This document shows positions 63,825 through 64,000 of a stretch of DNA of 64,000 nt, piece by piece. Source of the DNA: Iphione sp. A-MEVVRFRX5 (taxonomy: Eukaryota); the NCBI GenBank assembly GCA_976226885.1, contig OZ320316.1, positions 94,922,001-94,986,000 on the forward strand, given 5' to 3'. The notes beneath the pieces are model-generated. The model was not told where the DNA came from and made no database searches. It saw only the letters and a list, made by a program, of their open reading frames with translations. Made by a program: the position numbers and the translations under genes. Numbering within the stretch: the stretch's first letter is position 1; each line of letters opens with the position of its first letter.

Positions 63825-63925
63825 TCTGACCTTGGCTGGGGTAAAACCAGGCACTACGTGACCTTGACCTTCTCCCGTGGTGGCGCCTCCGTCGTCATAA
63901 ATCAGCGCCTGATTTGATTGGCTGC
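63825..63925. promoter_or_regulatory. Nuclear-receptor half-site cluster and CCAAT box at the window edge
   Basis: TGACCTTG 63827, TGACCTTGACCT 63859-63870, ATTGG 63917, then a G-rich CpG stretch. Confidence 0.4.
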
Positions 63926-64000
63926 CGCCCGCTGCCCTCGAGGGGGGTGCGGGGGGGGGGTAGGGGAGGGTCGCGAAACCGTTTGGATGGTGCAGCGTCC

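Noticed and set aside
1-64000. CRISPR arrays, operons, rRNA or tRNA genes
   Set aside because: The sequence is spliced eukaryotic DNA. I found no regularly spaced repeat-spacer array, no rRNA-like stretch and no convincing A/B-box cloverleaf.

Overview
Eukaryotic (invertebrate metazoan) genomic DNA, not prokaryotic. Intron style, frequent TACATGTA and GC3-rich exons suggest a lancelet-like genome, but this cannot be proven from the window. Bases 2786-29503 (+) hold the 3' part of a multi-exon CEP170/CEP170B-like centrosomal gene. I can chain up to 12 exons with consistent AG/GT sites and phases (about 5.1 kb CDS, about 1,690 aa). They carry the LYGQPSWWG, SESGTYTIE, WVSQWATLA and C-terminal 'LSLKVR...ELASILRNLSKTERHLQ' motifs. 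The N-terminal FHA exons lie upstream of the window. The remaining ~34 kb has no long ORF. It contains microsatellites, purine/pyrimidine tracts, MITE/LINE remnants, several stop-interrupted coding-like frames, an orphan promoter plus first exon, and at least one orphan internal exon. Most notable observations: (1) ten CCGGAAGT (ETS/GABP-type) motifs inside the CEP170 exons, in all three reading frames and on both strands; (2) a 77-nt, 27-bp hairpin inside a probable cassette exon; (3) an RFX X-box/CRE cluster in the last intron, with further X-boxes across the window; (4) a promoter, first exon and perfect X-box bracketed by a young (~97% identical) inverted repeat pair; (5) a candidate alternative last exon. 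All protein identifications are from motif recognition by eye; no database search was run.
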